Positions 9,876 through 20,000 of a DNA stretch of 64,000 nucleotides are shown piece by piece (within the stretch, counting starts at the first letter, position 1; every line of letters begins with the position of its first letter). The notes under the pieces were generated by a model. The model searched no databases. It saw nothing but the letters and a program-made list of their open reading frames with translations, and had not been told where the DNA came from. Source of the DNA: a virus (taxonomy: Duplodnaviria; Heunggongvirae; Uroviricota; Caudoviricetes); IMG/VR virus record IMGVR_UViG_3300020577_006835, positions 4,588 through 68,587 of that record. One strand, given 5' to 3'. The position numbers and the translations under genes were made by a program.

Positions 9876-12800
9876 CGGCAGTTGTAGTTCTCCTGAGCGT
9901 ACTCTTCGCGTCGTACGCCGACGCGCAGACCGGGACGAGCCCTGTCCTGCCGGGCAAGATCGTCGGCAGCCGGATCTACAAGAACGGTGCGTGGATCGCT
10001 GACACGCAGATCCTAGACTTCCTCAACAACTCCGACATCCAGCGTCTCGGTGCCAAGGTCACGGTCAAGAGCACCGCGCGAGCGGTGAACGTCAAGGACT
10101 CGCTGGCCAACATCTGCAACGCGACGGTCGATGGGCGGTCCACGGTGTCCACTCTCGTCGACACTGGAGGCGCAGCTGCTGGGAAGACGCTGTTCATCCC
10201 GTCCGGGTGCAAGATCCTGCTCAGCAACCCTGGAGCCAGTGCCGCCGCGATCAACGTGGCCAACAACACGACCATCGAGTGCGAGGACCAGACGGCAGGC
10301 TTCGTGCTCGCACGTCGCTACTGCTCGACCGGTGACACCATCGGTGGCATGTGTGACGGGACAGGTTCCTTCGACTGCCCCAGCGGTGGCGCAGCCGGTG
10401 GTGGCACCTGTTCCACCGACGGCGGCCTCGGCACCTCGAACGCTGTCGGCAACGCACCGTTCGCAGGTACCAGCAAGGCATCCTCGTACACCGTCCTGAA
10501 GTCCAACTCTGGGGCTGCCATTGCCGTCAAGAACTGCTCGTTCTGGGTGAACCAGATCTCTGGCGACTACACTTGGACCTCCGCTGGCAACGGTAACGGT
10601 ACCGGGTCAGGCAAGGCGTGGGGCTACTGCGAAGGCGGAACTGCCGACGGCGGCAACTGCGACCAGTACTGCTCTGGCGGCAGCACTCCGGGATTCGCTT
10701 GCAACGTGAACGGCGACTGCACAGGCGGTGGCACCTGTATGAACACCGCCAAGTGCAAGACTGCTGCTGTAGCGGGGACGTGTAGCAATCCGCCAACCAG
10801 CGATACGACCGGGTACAACGCGATCACGTCAAGCAATCTCACTGACTCGCAGGCACGCGGGCCATCCGGTGCGGGCAAGATCACTGTCATCGACAACTCG
10901 TCCGGCGGGGCCTCGTACTTCTCGAACCTGAAGATCTACAACCACCGTCGCGGAGACTTTGCTGTCAGGTTGGGCAAGAACAGCTACGCCGAGAAGGTCA
11001 CGACGTGGGCCAACGACCTCACGACACCGATCGGGGGCTCGGTGGCTGCCTACGGGGCCAACATCTCCACCAACGGCGTGACGGTGAACACCGGCATCGA
11101 GTTGTCCGACAACTCGCTGGTGATCAACTCCGACTCGTACGGGTGGGACCAATCGTACTGGCTGACTGGCTCCGGTACCGGTCAGGGCTTTGCCAGCGTG
11201 GCCTTCTCGCGCTCCTTCGCCTTCGGCTACCAGAACGACCCCAACTGGAACGGCACCGTTGGCTTCCAGCTGGACGGTCTCAGCAACGCGGCCTACTTCA
11301 ACGACATCTACACCCCGATCGGTGCGAAGGCTGGGGTACAGAGCAACCACGCCATCTTCAAGGGTAACAACCACGACAACGTGGCTTCAGGTGCCGGCTT
11401 TGCCACCAAGGGGCCGACGTGGATTGCACACGGGCCGCACAACGACGTTGAACTGAACCGTTCCGCTTGGTCAACGCAAGGATTCATCTACAGCTTCGGC
11501 GAGATCCGTGGCAAGTGTAGCGGTACCTACGGCACCAACAGGAACGGGCTGTTCTGTCTGAAGCCAGCAGGCACTGTCTCTGGAACCCTTGGGTGCCCTA
11601 GTGGCACCTGTAACCCGAACCCGATTTTGCTCAACGCTGGTGGCGGTCACGGGTACTACTCGAACAACTTCCTGCACTCCGATCAGAAGGGTCCGACTGC
11701 GAGCGTGCCCGGCGGGCTTGCCGCCTACGTAGGCGTGACCCCTTGGGGGTACTGCGACAACACGTCTACGCTGCCGTACAAGACCTGCTCGACCGGTGAC
11801 AGTGACGCGACTACCGGTTGCCCGGGGTCGTCCTACGCGTCCGCTGGCTTGGCCTGCGCTGAGATCAGCTGGCCTGACGTCCTGTTCAACAACAACGAGT
11901 TTTACGCCGTTCAAGAGGGTGTCGCAGGAGTAGACCTGTCCGGTGCCAACAAGCTGGGGGCTATCAGCAACCTGAACTTCGATGGCAACCTGATCACCGG
12001 TTACAACGGCTCACCTTCCACCACCGGGTTCAAGGGGCCGAGCGCAGCCTACCAGCTGCAGAACGCGAACATCGCCAGCCACTTCGACCGCACGCTGGTG
12101 AAGCCGATCGACAACTTCGACTTCGCCTCTGGGACCACGCAGAACTCGACTGGCCTGCAGGCGGCCAACGATCAGGGCACCATCATCACCCTTGAGGCTG
12201 ACGCTCAGATCTCCAAGTACAGCCTCGTTCAGCCGTCCACGACCAACAGTTCCAAGGTCGTGAAGACGCTGACGACCACTCCGGGTGCCACCATCGGCGT
12301 GGCCCTGAACGACACGGTGGCACCGATCTCAGGTGCGTGCACTGCCACTCTGGTGACTGGCACCAGTACCTACGCCAACAGTACGACGTACTACTTCGTG
12401 TACACGTGGGCCACCGCATCTGGAGAGACTCTGCCGAGCACTGAGTGCTCACGGGCAACAGACGGAACGGCATCGAACGACTACATCAGGGTCGTCGCCA
12501 ACGGTGGCACAGTGCCTGCCGGTGCGTACGCAATGAAGGTGTACGTCGGTTCTGCGCCGGGCGGCCCGTACTACTACTCGACGCAGGTAGTTGGCCACAC
12601 TGCCGACACGACCACGCCTCCGAACACGAGCAACGCCACCCCTCCAGTAGTGTCTACCGCGACACAGGTTAGGGTCATGACTTCCGGCCTGACCACCTGC
12701 ATTGCTGGAGGTACCATCAGCAGGGGTGACATCCTGACCGGTGACACCGCAACTGCTGGCAGGGTGATCACGAACCCAAGCACAGGTACTCTGCCCGTGG

Positions 12801-13507
12801 TCGGCAGAGCAGCCGCACCCGGCACGTCTGGCAACACGTTCAGGTGCTACATCGGCAGCGCGGGCGGCGCGATCGCCTCCGGTGGCACGGCCACGTCACT
12901 TGCTACTGGTGCAGGCACCAACGGGTCGCGAGGTATCACCCTCAACGACAACACCTCGAACCCGTCTAGCCCCAGCTCGGGTTCTACGTTCCTGCACTCA
13001 GTCGGCGGGTTCCTGTATGGGATGACTCCCAGCGACAGCACCCCCGGCGGGTTCTTGCCCCCTACGCAGGTCAAGATCCAGACAGCTTCCACACAGACGA
13101 CTACCAGCAGTACGCCGACCAACGTGACTGCACTGTCTGGGTTTACGATGGCTGCTTCCGGCAAGTACATCGTCAAGGGAAGGCTCATCTACAGCACCGC
13201 AACCACCGCTGCTGATCTGATGCTGGCTTTGAACATCAACACCTCGACTACTGGTTACCAGATGAGCGTCACGGTGTTTTGTCAGGATGGTACCGCCTCC
13301 TATGAGACCAACGTCCTGACCACCGAGGACACTGCAATCACCAACGACAGTGCTGCAGCCACCAGCTGGTTCTGTACCCTAGACGGCTACATCCTGAACG
13401 GGTCGAATGCGTCTGGCACCGTCGATTTGAAGTTCGGATCGGCTAACAACACAGGCATCGTCACGATGCACCAGCACTCGTACATGTCGCTTACGAGGTT
13501 CCCGTGA
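9857..13507 (+). CDS. Large signal-peptide, Cys-rich protein with beta-helix-like and Fn3-like regions (fibre/adhesin candidate)
   Basis: MRKLAAVVVLLSVLFASYADA signal; C.GG...G..C....DC..GG.C repeats; pectin-lyase-like VNVKD start; YYFVYTW....GETLPS motif. Confidence 0.65.
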   Translation: MGMRKLAAVVVLLSVLFASYADAQTGTSPVLPGKIVGSRIYKNGAWIADTQILDFLNNSDIQRLGAKVTVKSTARAVNVKDSLANICNATVDGRSTVSTLVDTGGAAAGKTLFIPSGCKILLSNPGASAAAINVANNTTIECEDQTAGFVLARRYCSTGDTIGGMCDGTGSFDCPSGGAAGGGTCSTDGGLGTSNAVGNAPFAGTSKASSYTVLKSNSGAAIAVKNCSFWVNQISGDYTWTSAGNGNGTGSGKAWGYCEGGTADGGNCDQYCSGGSTPGFACNVNGDCTGGGTCMNTAKCKTAAVAGTCSNPPTSDTTGYNAITSSNLTDSQARGPSGAGKITVIDNSSGGASYFSNLKIYNHRRGDFAVRLGKNSYAEKVTTWANDLTTPIGGSVAAYGANISTNGVTVNTGIELSDNSLVINSDSYGWDQSYWLTGSGTGQGFASVAFSRSFAFGYQNDPNWNGTVGFQLDGLSNAAYFNDIYTPIGAKAGVQSNHAIFKGNNHDNVASGAGFATKGPTWIAHGPHNDVELNRSAWSTQGFIYSFGEIRGKCSGTYGTNRNGLFCLKPAGTVSGTLGCPSGTCNPNPILLNAGGGHGYYSNNFLHSDQKGPTASVPGGLAAYVGVTPWGYCDNTSTLPYKTCSTGDSDATTGCPGSSYASAGLACAEISWPDVLFNNNEFYAVQEGVAGVDLSGANKLGAISNLNFDGNLITGYNGSPSTTGFKGPSAAYQLQNANIASHFDRTLVKPIDNFDFASGTTQNSTGLQAANDQGTIITLEADAQISKYSLVQPSTTNSSKVVKTLTTTPGATIGVALNDTVAPISGACTATLVTGTSTYANSTTYYFVYTWATASGETLPSTECSRATDGTASNDYIRVVANGGTVPAGAYAMKVYVGSAPGGPYYYSTQVVGHTADTTTPPNTSNATPPVVSTATQVRVMTSGLTTCIAGGTISRGDILTGDTATAGRVITNPSTGTLPVVGRAAAPGTSGNTFRCYIGSAGGAIASGGTATSLATGAGTNGSRGITLNDNTSNPSSPSSGSTFLHSVGGFLYGMTPSDSTPGGFLPPTQVKIQTASTQTTTSSTPTNVTALSGFTMAASGKYIVKGRLIYSTATTAADLMLALNINTSTTGYQMSVTVFCQDGTASYETNVLTTEDTAITNDSAAATSWFCTLDGYILNGSNASGTVDLKFGSANNTGIVTMHQHSYMSLTRFP

Positions 13508-14469
13508 GCCCGTACTGGTTCGTTTTGCTGATGGGGTTCACGGCGTCGCACGGCGTCACCGCGTCTCACGGCGTGAGCACCGGTCAGGAGATCCCGGCAA
13601 CGGTTTCTGCAACCAGCTGGGCTCCGTACATGGTGGCCTACTGGACTCTCGATGAGAGCGGGGCCAACGCTCGTGCGAACACTGCTGGTACTGGCACCTG
13701 CGGCGGTACGCAGTCCAACTGCAACTTGACCGCGTTCGGCAACGCCACCAACAACACCACGAACTTCAGGCAGGGCACTGGCTCGAACACGTTTGATGGT
13801 ACCGGCGACTACCTCAGATGTACGAACGCGACGTGCTCGGCGCTGGACATCAAAACCTCCGGGAATTTGGGCACCGGGAACATCTCGTTCGGGTGCTGGG
13901 CCGCAGAAAACGAAGGTGCGTCCTCTGGAAAAGTTGGTGACATCATCGGCAAGCACGACGGCACCTACGGGTACGTATTGTGGTTGGACTTTGGTACCAC
14001 GCTTGTCGCGTTCTCCACAGCGAAGTGTCAGGTAGACGGGTACACTACTTGGCTGCCTTCGTACACGACGCTGTTGAACGTGCAGCGAGCGACCAACATG
14101 CACCACTACATCTGCACGTTCGACGACTTGAACCACACTCAAGCCATCTACGTAGACGGCACTGTTAACAAAGATCTTGGTAACCCCGGTTACCCTACCT
14201 TGACCCCTCTCCTGACGTCGAACACAGCAGACTTCAAGATTGGCAGCGGTGGGGTCAAAGGGGACTTCTACGGGTACGCGGACGAGTGCTTCGTTTACAA
14301 GGGCGTCATGTCACAGCGCGACGCGTGTCGCATCTGCTCGTGCGGTGTCGACGGGTCGCTGTGCACGTGCAGCGCTGACAACAACTGGGCCAGCAGAGGA
14401 AGATGGGACTCTAACTGCGGTAACTGTGCCCTTCCTACAAGCTGCTTGACTCCTCCGGGAGTTGATTGA
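13504..14469 (+). CDS. LamG/concanavalin-A-like domain protein with Cys-rich C-terminus
   Basis: VAYWTLDE, FDGTGDY, HHYICTFD, IYVDG, IGSG...FYGYADE. Confidence 0.8.
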   Translation: MSPYWFVLLMGFTASHGVTASHGVSTGQEIPATVSATSWAPYMVAYWTLDESGANARANTAGTGTCGGTQSNCNLTAFGNATNNTTNFRQGTGSNTFDGTGDYLRCTNATCSALDIKTSGNLGTGNISFGCWAAENEGASSGKVGDIIGKHDGTYGYVLWLDFGTTLVAFSTAKCQVDGYTTWLPSYTTLLNVQRATNMHHYICTFDDLNHTQAIYVDGTVNKDLGNPGYPTLTPLLTSNTADFKIGSGGVKGDFYGYADECFVYKGVMSQRDACRICSCGVDGSLCTCSADNNWASRGRWDSNCGNCALPTSCLTPPGVD

Positions 14470-14476
14470 GGGGTGG

Positions 14477-15004
14477 ATGATGCGGTGGATGATCACAGTT
14501 GGTTTGTTGCTGTTCGGAGTGGCCTCAGCAGGTGCTCAGCAGCAGTACGTCTGCACCAAGGAGAACGGCAAGAAGGTCAGGGTCACGGACTGCCGCATGG
14601 CGGGGCCTGCCCCGACAGCGACTCCGGCACCAGTCTCAACCTCTTCCCCGAGCCCGACCCAGGCCTTCGACTGCTCAGGCGGCACGTTCGTCAAGTCGAC
14701 GCCTACCTCAGTGCAGTGGGTCAATCGAGTGTACCCGTACGAGCAGGTTACGAACCTGTGCGCAACGGTACCTACCGGGCACATGTTTCTGTTCCTGAGC
14801 AGCGTCAATCACTCGAACGCGTCGTGCAACGTGATGCACATCACCATGACCTCTCCGTCGGGCAAGAAGTACGAGAGCGAGTCTGTGCAACCTGGCCTGG
14901 CGGCAGCAGCCGAGGCTGGCAAGTGGAGCATCGTCGCCACTCTGAAGACCGACGCAGCATGCGCGAAGAACGCCCCGTTCGATTTCTATCTGCAGTGGCA
15001 GTGA
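14477..15004 (+). CDS. Secreted protein whose C-terminal domain is paralogous to the C-terminus of the 17001 protein
   Basis: Signal peptide, Pro/Thr linker, SVNHSNASC...SPSGKKYES..QPG...EAGKW. Confidence 0.7.
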   Translation: MMRWMITVGLLLFGVASAGAQQQYVCTKENGKKVRVTDCRMAGPAPTATPAPVSTSSPSPTQAFDCSGGTFVKSTPTSVQWVNRVYPYEQVTNLCATVPTGHMFLFLSSVNHSNASCNVMHITMTSPSGKKYESESVQPGLAAAAEAGKWSIVATLKTDAACAKNAPFDFYLQWQ

Positions 15005-15017
15005 GGTGGTGAGGAAG

Positions 15018-15794
15018 ATGGCAAAGCAGAAGCACGCATTTGGGTTGCTCCCGGACCCGCCAGACGAGCAGGACTACAAGTTCAAGGTCATCAGGCCGAA
15101 GCTGAAGAGGGCCGTTCCGACCCTGCCCAAGAGCGTCGATCTGGGCAACTTGATGTCGCCGATCCGCGACCAGGGCCAGCTCGGTGCCTGCACCGCGTTC
15201 GCGGTCGGAGTCGGGCTCGGTGAGTCGATCGGCATCGAGCACCTGCGCGACCCGTTCATCGGACTGTCGCCGCTGTTCCTCTACTACGTGACCCGTGCAC
15301 GCGCGCGGAACACGAAGGAGGACACCGGAGCCACTCTGCGCGGCACGATGAAGACCATGTCCAAGGTCGGCACCTGCCCGGAGACCATGTGGCCGTACGA
15401 CATCGAGAAGTTCGCCAAGAGGCCGCCGATCAAGGCCTACAAGGACACGGCGCGGTTCCAGTTCAAGAACTACTACCGTGTGACGGACTTCGAGGACATC
15501 AAGATCGCCGTCGCGGCCAAGAACCCGGTTGCGCTCGGCATCATGATCTACTCATCCTTCGAGACGGCCAAGGTGGCCAAGGATGGCCTGGTGCCCATGC
15601 CGAACAAGCGGCGTGAGCAGCTGCTCGGCGGTCACGCCGTGCTCATCATGGGCTACGACGACGACAAGAAGCTGGTCAAGGTCCGCAACAGCTGGGGCAC
15701 CAGCTGGGGCGACAAGGGCTACTTCTACCTACCGTACGACTGGTTCGATCCCGACCAGGATCTGGCCAGCGACATGTGGACTGCGACCTTGTAG
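15018..15794 (+). CDS. Papain-like cysteine peptidase (C1 family)
   Basis: DQGQLGACTAF (catalytic Cys), GGHAVLIMGY (His), VRNSWGTSWGDKGYF (Asn). Confidence 0.93.
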   Translation: MAKQKHAFGLLPDPPDEQDYKFKVIRPKLKRAVPTLPKSVDLGNLMSPIRDQGQLGACTAFAVGVGLGESIGIEHLRDPFIGLSPLFLYYVTRARARNTKEDTGATLRGTMKTMSKVGTCPETMWPYDIEKFAKRPPIKAYKDTARFQFKNYYRVTDFEDIKIAVAAKNPVALGIMIYSSFETAKVAKDGLVPMPNKRREQLLGGHAVLIMGYDDDKKLVKVRNSWGTSWGDKGYFYLPYDWFDPDQDLASDMWTATL

Positions 15795-15805
15795 AGATAG
15801 GTCAA

Positions 15806-15967
15806 GTGACTGTTAGGGAACTGATCGAGCAGCTGCAGAGGTGCGACCAGGAGGCTGAGGTCTACAACACCTTCTACCTGGGCGACCATGCCGCGATCGG
15901 GCGCACTGTCATCGTGCAGGCGTCCGATCGCGTGCTGCTGCTCTTCAAGCCGGAAAGGCAACGATGA
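15806..15967 (+). CDS. Small hypothetical protein (MTVRELIEQL...)
   Basis: GTG 15806; N-terminus typical of small phage proteins; ATGA overlap with the next gene. Confidence 0.55.
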   Translation: MTVRELIEQLQRCDQEAEVYNTFYLGDHAAIGRTVIVQASDRVLLLFKPERQR

Positions 15968-16761
15968 AGCACCTGATCGAGGCTCTGACCTCCGGCAAGA
16001 TCTCGTTCTCTGAGGCGGTCGAGCAGACCGAGGAGAAGGGTTTGAACAAGGACCTCTGGCGCGGCAAGGACGTCGACCCGGCAGCTCGCAAGAACCTGCT
16101 GCAGATCGCCGACGACTTGATCAAGACGCTGGAGGTGCACGACCCGACCGTCAAGGACGTGGTGCTGACCGGCTCCATGGCCAACTACAACTGGACCGAC
16201 AGCTCGGACATCGACCTGCACATCCTGCTCGACTTCAGCAAGATCGACGCGGAAGAGGACCTGCTGGCCGACTACTTCTACGACACGGCCGCGCTCTGGA
16301 ACGAGCACCACGACGTCAAGATGCACGGTCACCCTGTCGAGGTCTACATCCAGAGCCACACGAGCAAGTTCCCGGACGGTGCCGGCATCTACTCCCTGAA
16401 GCGTGGCACCTGGATCAAGACGCCACCGAAGACGGCACTCGACCCGCCTGAGGAGACGGTCAAGCTCAAGGCCGACATGCTGCGCCGTCGCATCAACCGG
16501 GCGATCGCAGCCTGCAAGGGTGACAACGTCAAGCAGGCCTACGCGCAGCTGGAGAGCCTGCGTGAACGTATCCGCACCATGCGTCAGACAGCCCTGCAGA
16601 GGGGCGGCGAGCGTGCGGCCGAGAACCTGGCCTTCAAGGCGCTCAGGCGCGACGGCACGATCGACAAGCTGATCAACACCAGCCGCACGACCTACGACAA
16701 GCTGATGTCGCTCGGCGAGTCTGTCGACCGCTCCCTGCTGCTCGACCTGTTGCCGGCATGA
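15964..16761 (+). CDS. Pol-beta-superfamily nucleotidyltransferase
   Basis: LTGSMANYNW..SDIDLHI (GS plus DxD), VEVYIQ, ENLAFKALRR. Confidence 0.85.
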   Translation: MKHLIEALTSGKISFSEAVEQTEEKGLNKDLWRGKDVDPAARKNLLQIADDLIKTLEVHDPTVKDVVLTGSMANYNWTDSSDIDLHILLDFSKIDAEEDLLADYFYDTAALWNEHHDVKMHGHPVEVYIQSHTSKFPDGAGIYSLKRGTWIKTPPKTALDPPEETVKLKADMLRRRINRAIAACKGDNVKQAYAQLESLRERIRTMRQTALQRGGERAAENLAFKALRRDGTIDKLINTSRTTYDKLMSLGESVDRSLLLDLLPA

Positions 16762-16764
16762 CGC

Positions 16765-17004
16765 GTGGGGACACCGAGGAACCGCTTCGAGATCCTGGTC
16801 GAGTTCACTGACGATCGGTCTCGGACGTACTCCGATGTCGAGGAGTACGTCATCGGCTTCAAGTACATCTACATCCGGCTGCCGGACCGCACGCTCTCCT
16901 ACCCGCGGGACCAGGTGACCGGGCTCGCACGCCGCCCGACAGGTGGCACGTTCTGGAGTCAGATCCGCATGCGCGGGCCTCGCGGCTCCGAGGTTGACTC
17001 ATGA
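16765..17004 (+). CDS. Hypothetical protein
   Basis: 79 aa ORF that fills the gap and is coupled to the next gene. Confidence 0.5.
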   Translation: MGTPRNRFEILVEFTDDRSRTYSDVEEYVIGFKYIYIRLPDRTLSYPRDQVTGLARRPTGGTFWSQIRMRGPRGSEVDS

Positions 17005-20000
17005 GAAGCTGGCTCGTTCTGCTCGCACTGCTCTGGGCGACGGCTGCCGATGCGGCCTGCCCGCCGTCCTACACCCGCCTCACTGCAGCCTCGTCGTCCT
17101 GCTTCAACGGCGCCTGCGACATGACCAACGCAGCCTGCGACCCGGTCTCAGGGTGCCAGGTGAGGATGGCCAGGGGTGAGACCAGGTCCATCATCGCACC
17201 ACCGTTGGCCCCTGCGGCCGCGGTCGGCGGCGCAGCTTGCCCCGCGGGTGAGCTGAACAAGCCCTACGACGCGGCCGGCAAGCTGTTCGGACTCTCCGGG
17301 CAGCAGGTGGCCAACGGGCAGACCAAGACCTACTGCATCCGTCTCAACAGCGAGGCAGACCAGCTCAAGGTGGCCGCCAGAGGCTCTGCAAGCTGCAGCT
17401 CGATCGAGTTGAGGGTCAGGCCTCAGGTTGGCACCTACGACGCCCAGAACACGCCCGCAGACCGCTTCCCGGAGGTGAACTACAGCTCCGTCTACCAGCG
17501 CACCATTGCTGAGGGGCTCTACCTGGTCGATGTCACCGGGCGAAGCCCGTCAGCGTCATGTCAGGGCTTCGACGTGTACTGGGGCGCCGGCACCAGGCCT
17601 CTCTCACAGCCGGCGGCTGCGTCCGAGTTCTGTGTCGACCCGCCGAAGCCGATCACCATGCTCAGGGTCTGGACCAAGGACCACTCGGCCGAGGGCTGCG
17701 GCACGATCAACCTGCGCGTGACCGATATGGGCACGTCTCAGAGCTGGTCGGCTCAGAACCTGGGCACGAGCACGGTCGAGGTGACGGGCACGGACCTGGT
17801 TGGCCCGTTCAGGATCGAGCCCCTCGGAGGCCCGACCACGATCGCGGGCTCGCCGTGCAACGGCATGATCCCGTTCGAGGTCTTCTACACCTACGCCGGG
17901 GAGCCGGTGCCGACACCGACGCCCGCGGGCGGGGTGTTCTGCCCCGACGGGTACCGCAGGCCGGACAAGCCGTTCACCAGGAACAACGTGACCTACACCG
18001 GCGGCGCCTTCGGTGCGGCCGCTCCGACCGAGAAGTTCTGCATCGAGGTCAAGAAGGCGGTCAAGAAGCTCACTCTGGTCGGCGGTCAGTCGGCTGACAC
18101 GGCGTTCTTCGGCGAGTGGAAGATCACGCCCCCGTCAGGGTCGGGGCTCCAGGCCCAGACCATCCTGGGCTCCACCTACGCCTTCTCGTACGGCACCAAC
18201 GATGCCGACCAGTACGCGCGCGTGCCTGCCGGCGTCTACCTGCTCGAAGTCCTGGCCACCTCAGGCAAGAACTTCTACTTCGGCTACAACGAGGGGTCGA
18301 CCGGTCCGATCGCACCGCGGGCCACCCCGGCCCCGACCCTGCCCGTGGCGACCGCTGACCCAGGCGCGAGCACACCCAAGCCACAGGAAGACAAGATCCT
18401 CAAGAACAACATCCCGGCCGCGCTGGGTCCGTACATCGGGTCCAACTTCTTCGCCCCCCTGACGTCGACCTTCTACTCCGACAGCAGTCGCATCCTGATG
18501 GCGATCTACATCTACAACAAGGACGGGCTGTTCGGTTTCATCGACCACCCAGCAAGCTCGATCAACCCGCCCTACCTCTACAGCAGCGTGAGCCGTCACT
18601 ACAAAGAGCTGAATGACATGGTGGCAGCCGGCGTCGACGTCGTGCTCCCTGTCTACGAGGGCATCCCGCACGAGGGGAACAGCGGTGCAGAGACGCCGGA
18701 CGTCGGGCTGGCGGCGATCGTGGCCGCGCTGCAGCAGATGAAGGATGCAGGGCTCAAGACGCCCAAGGTGGGCATGTGGTTCGACTCCAACCTGCTGCAT
18801 GCGAACAATAACCCGTTCGGCTCTGAGCTGGTTCTGGTGGGGCCTGTTCAGGACCCGCCAGAGATCGGATACCTCGGCCTGGAGTACTTGACGGGCTCGA
18901 TCCGTGACTTCTACTCACAGATCCCGCCAGCCTTCTGGGCACAGATCGACTACAAGCCGATCGTGGTCCTGCCCTACCCGCCACCGGCGTCGGCCAGGCT
19001 AGACTTCCCGCTCAACCTGGACAACTTCTTCGGTCGCTACTTCGCCTCGAAGAAGATCTTCCTGATCGTGAGCGACAGCTGGGGTGGCCAATTCTACGGC
19101 GTCAGCGCCCGTATCAGAGAGGACGCGGCGCTGCTCGGACCCAGGATCAACGACAAGATCGTGCAGATCGGCCCTGGGTACAACGACGGCAGGTCCAGGA
19201 GAGATCGCCAAGGCGGGCAGACCTACGCCAACGACTGGGACACGGCCATCTCGACCGGCAAGCGCATCATCATGCTGGAGACCTGGAACGACTACGAGAA
19301 CGCCTCGGACATCAACCACAGCCGAGAGTACGGTTCGACGTACATCGCTCTCACGCAGCAGAAGAACGCGCAGTGGAGAAACGCGAACCTGGCCGACAAC
19401 GCAACCTTCGTCTCTCAGTACGTGCCGTCTTTCGGGTCTCAGCAGATGGTCCGCGGAGACCGTGTCACGCAGACCGTGACCATGAAGAACACCGGCACTT
19501 CGACCTGGTCCGACACCTTCGGCTACAAGCTGGTCAGCGTCAATCCGGTTGGCAACAGTACCTGGGGTTTGACCTCGGCCACGTTGCCTGACGCCGGCTC
19601 AGTCTCCCCAGGGGCACAGGTCACGTTCTCAGTTCCGCTCATCGTGCCCCAGACGCTGGGCTCGAACAACTTGCAGTGGCAGATGGCCAAGGGCTCGACC
19701 CGGTTTGGCGCAACCACGGACAACGTGTCAATCACAGTCGTTGCACCGACACCGACACCTACCCCGTCACCAACACCGGACCCGAATGCGCCGACTCCAA
19801 CGCCGTCGGCGACGCCAACCAAGACCCCGAGGCCGACACCAACGCTGCCCGGGACGCCCCGTCCGACAGCTACGTGCCCTCCCGGCTACTCGTACAGGCC
19901 ACCCCCGTTCGGTGTGCCCGGTCTGTGCGTCAGGGATGTGGCCCAGGTGACACCAAAGCCAACCGCCCGCCCAACACAGACACGCTCCGCCAACTGCAGT

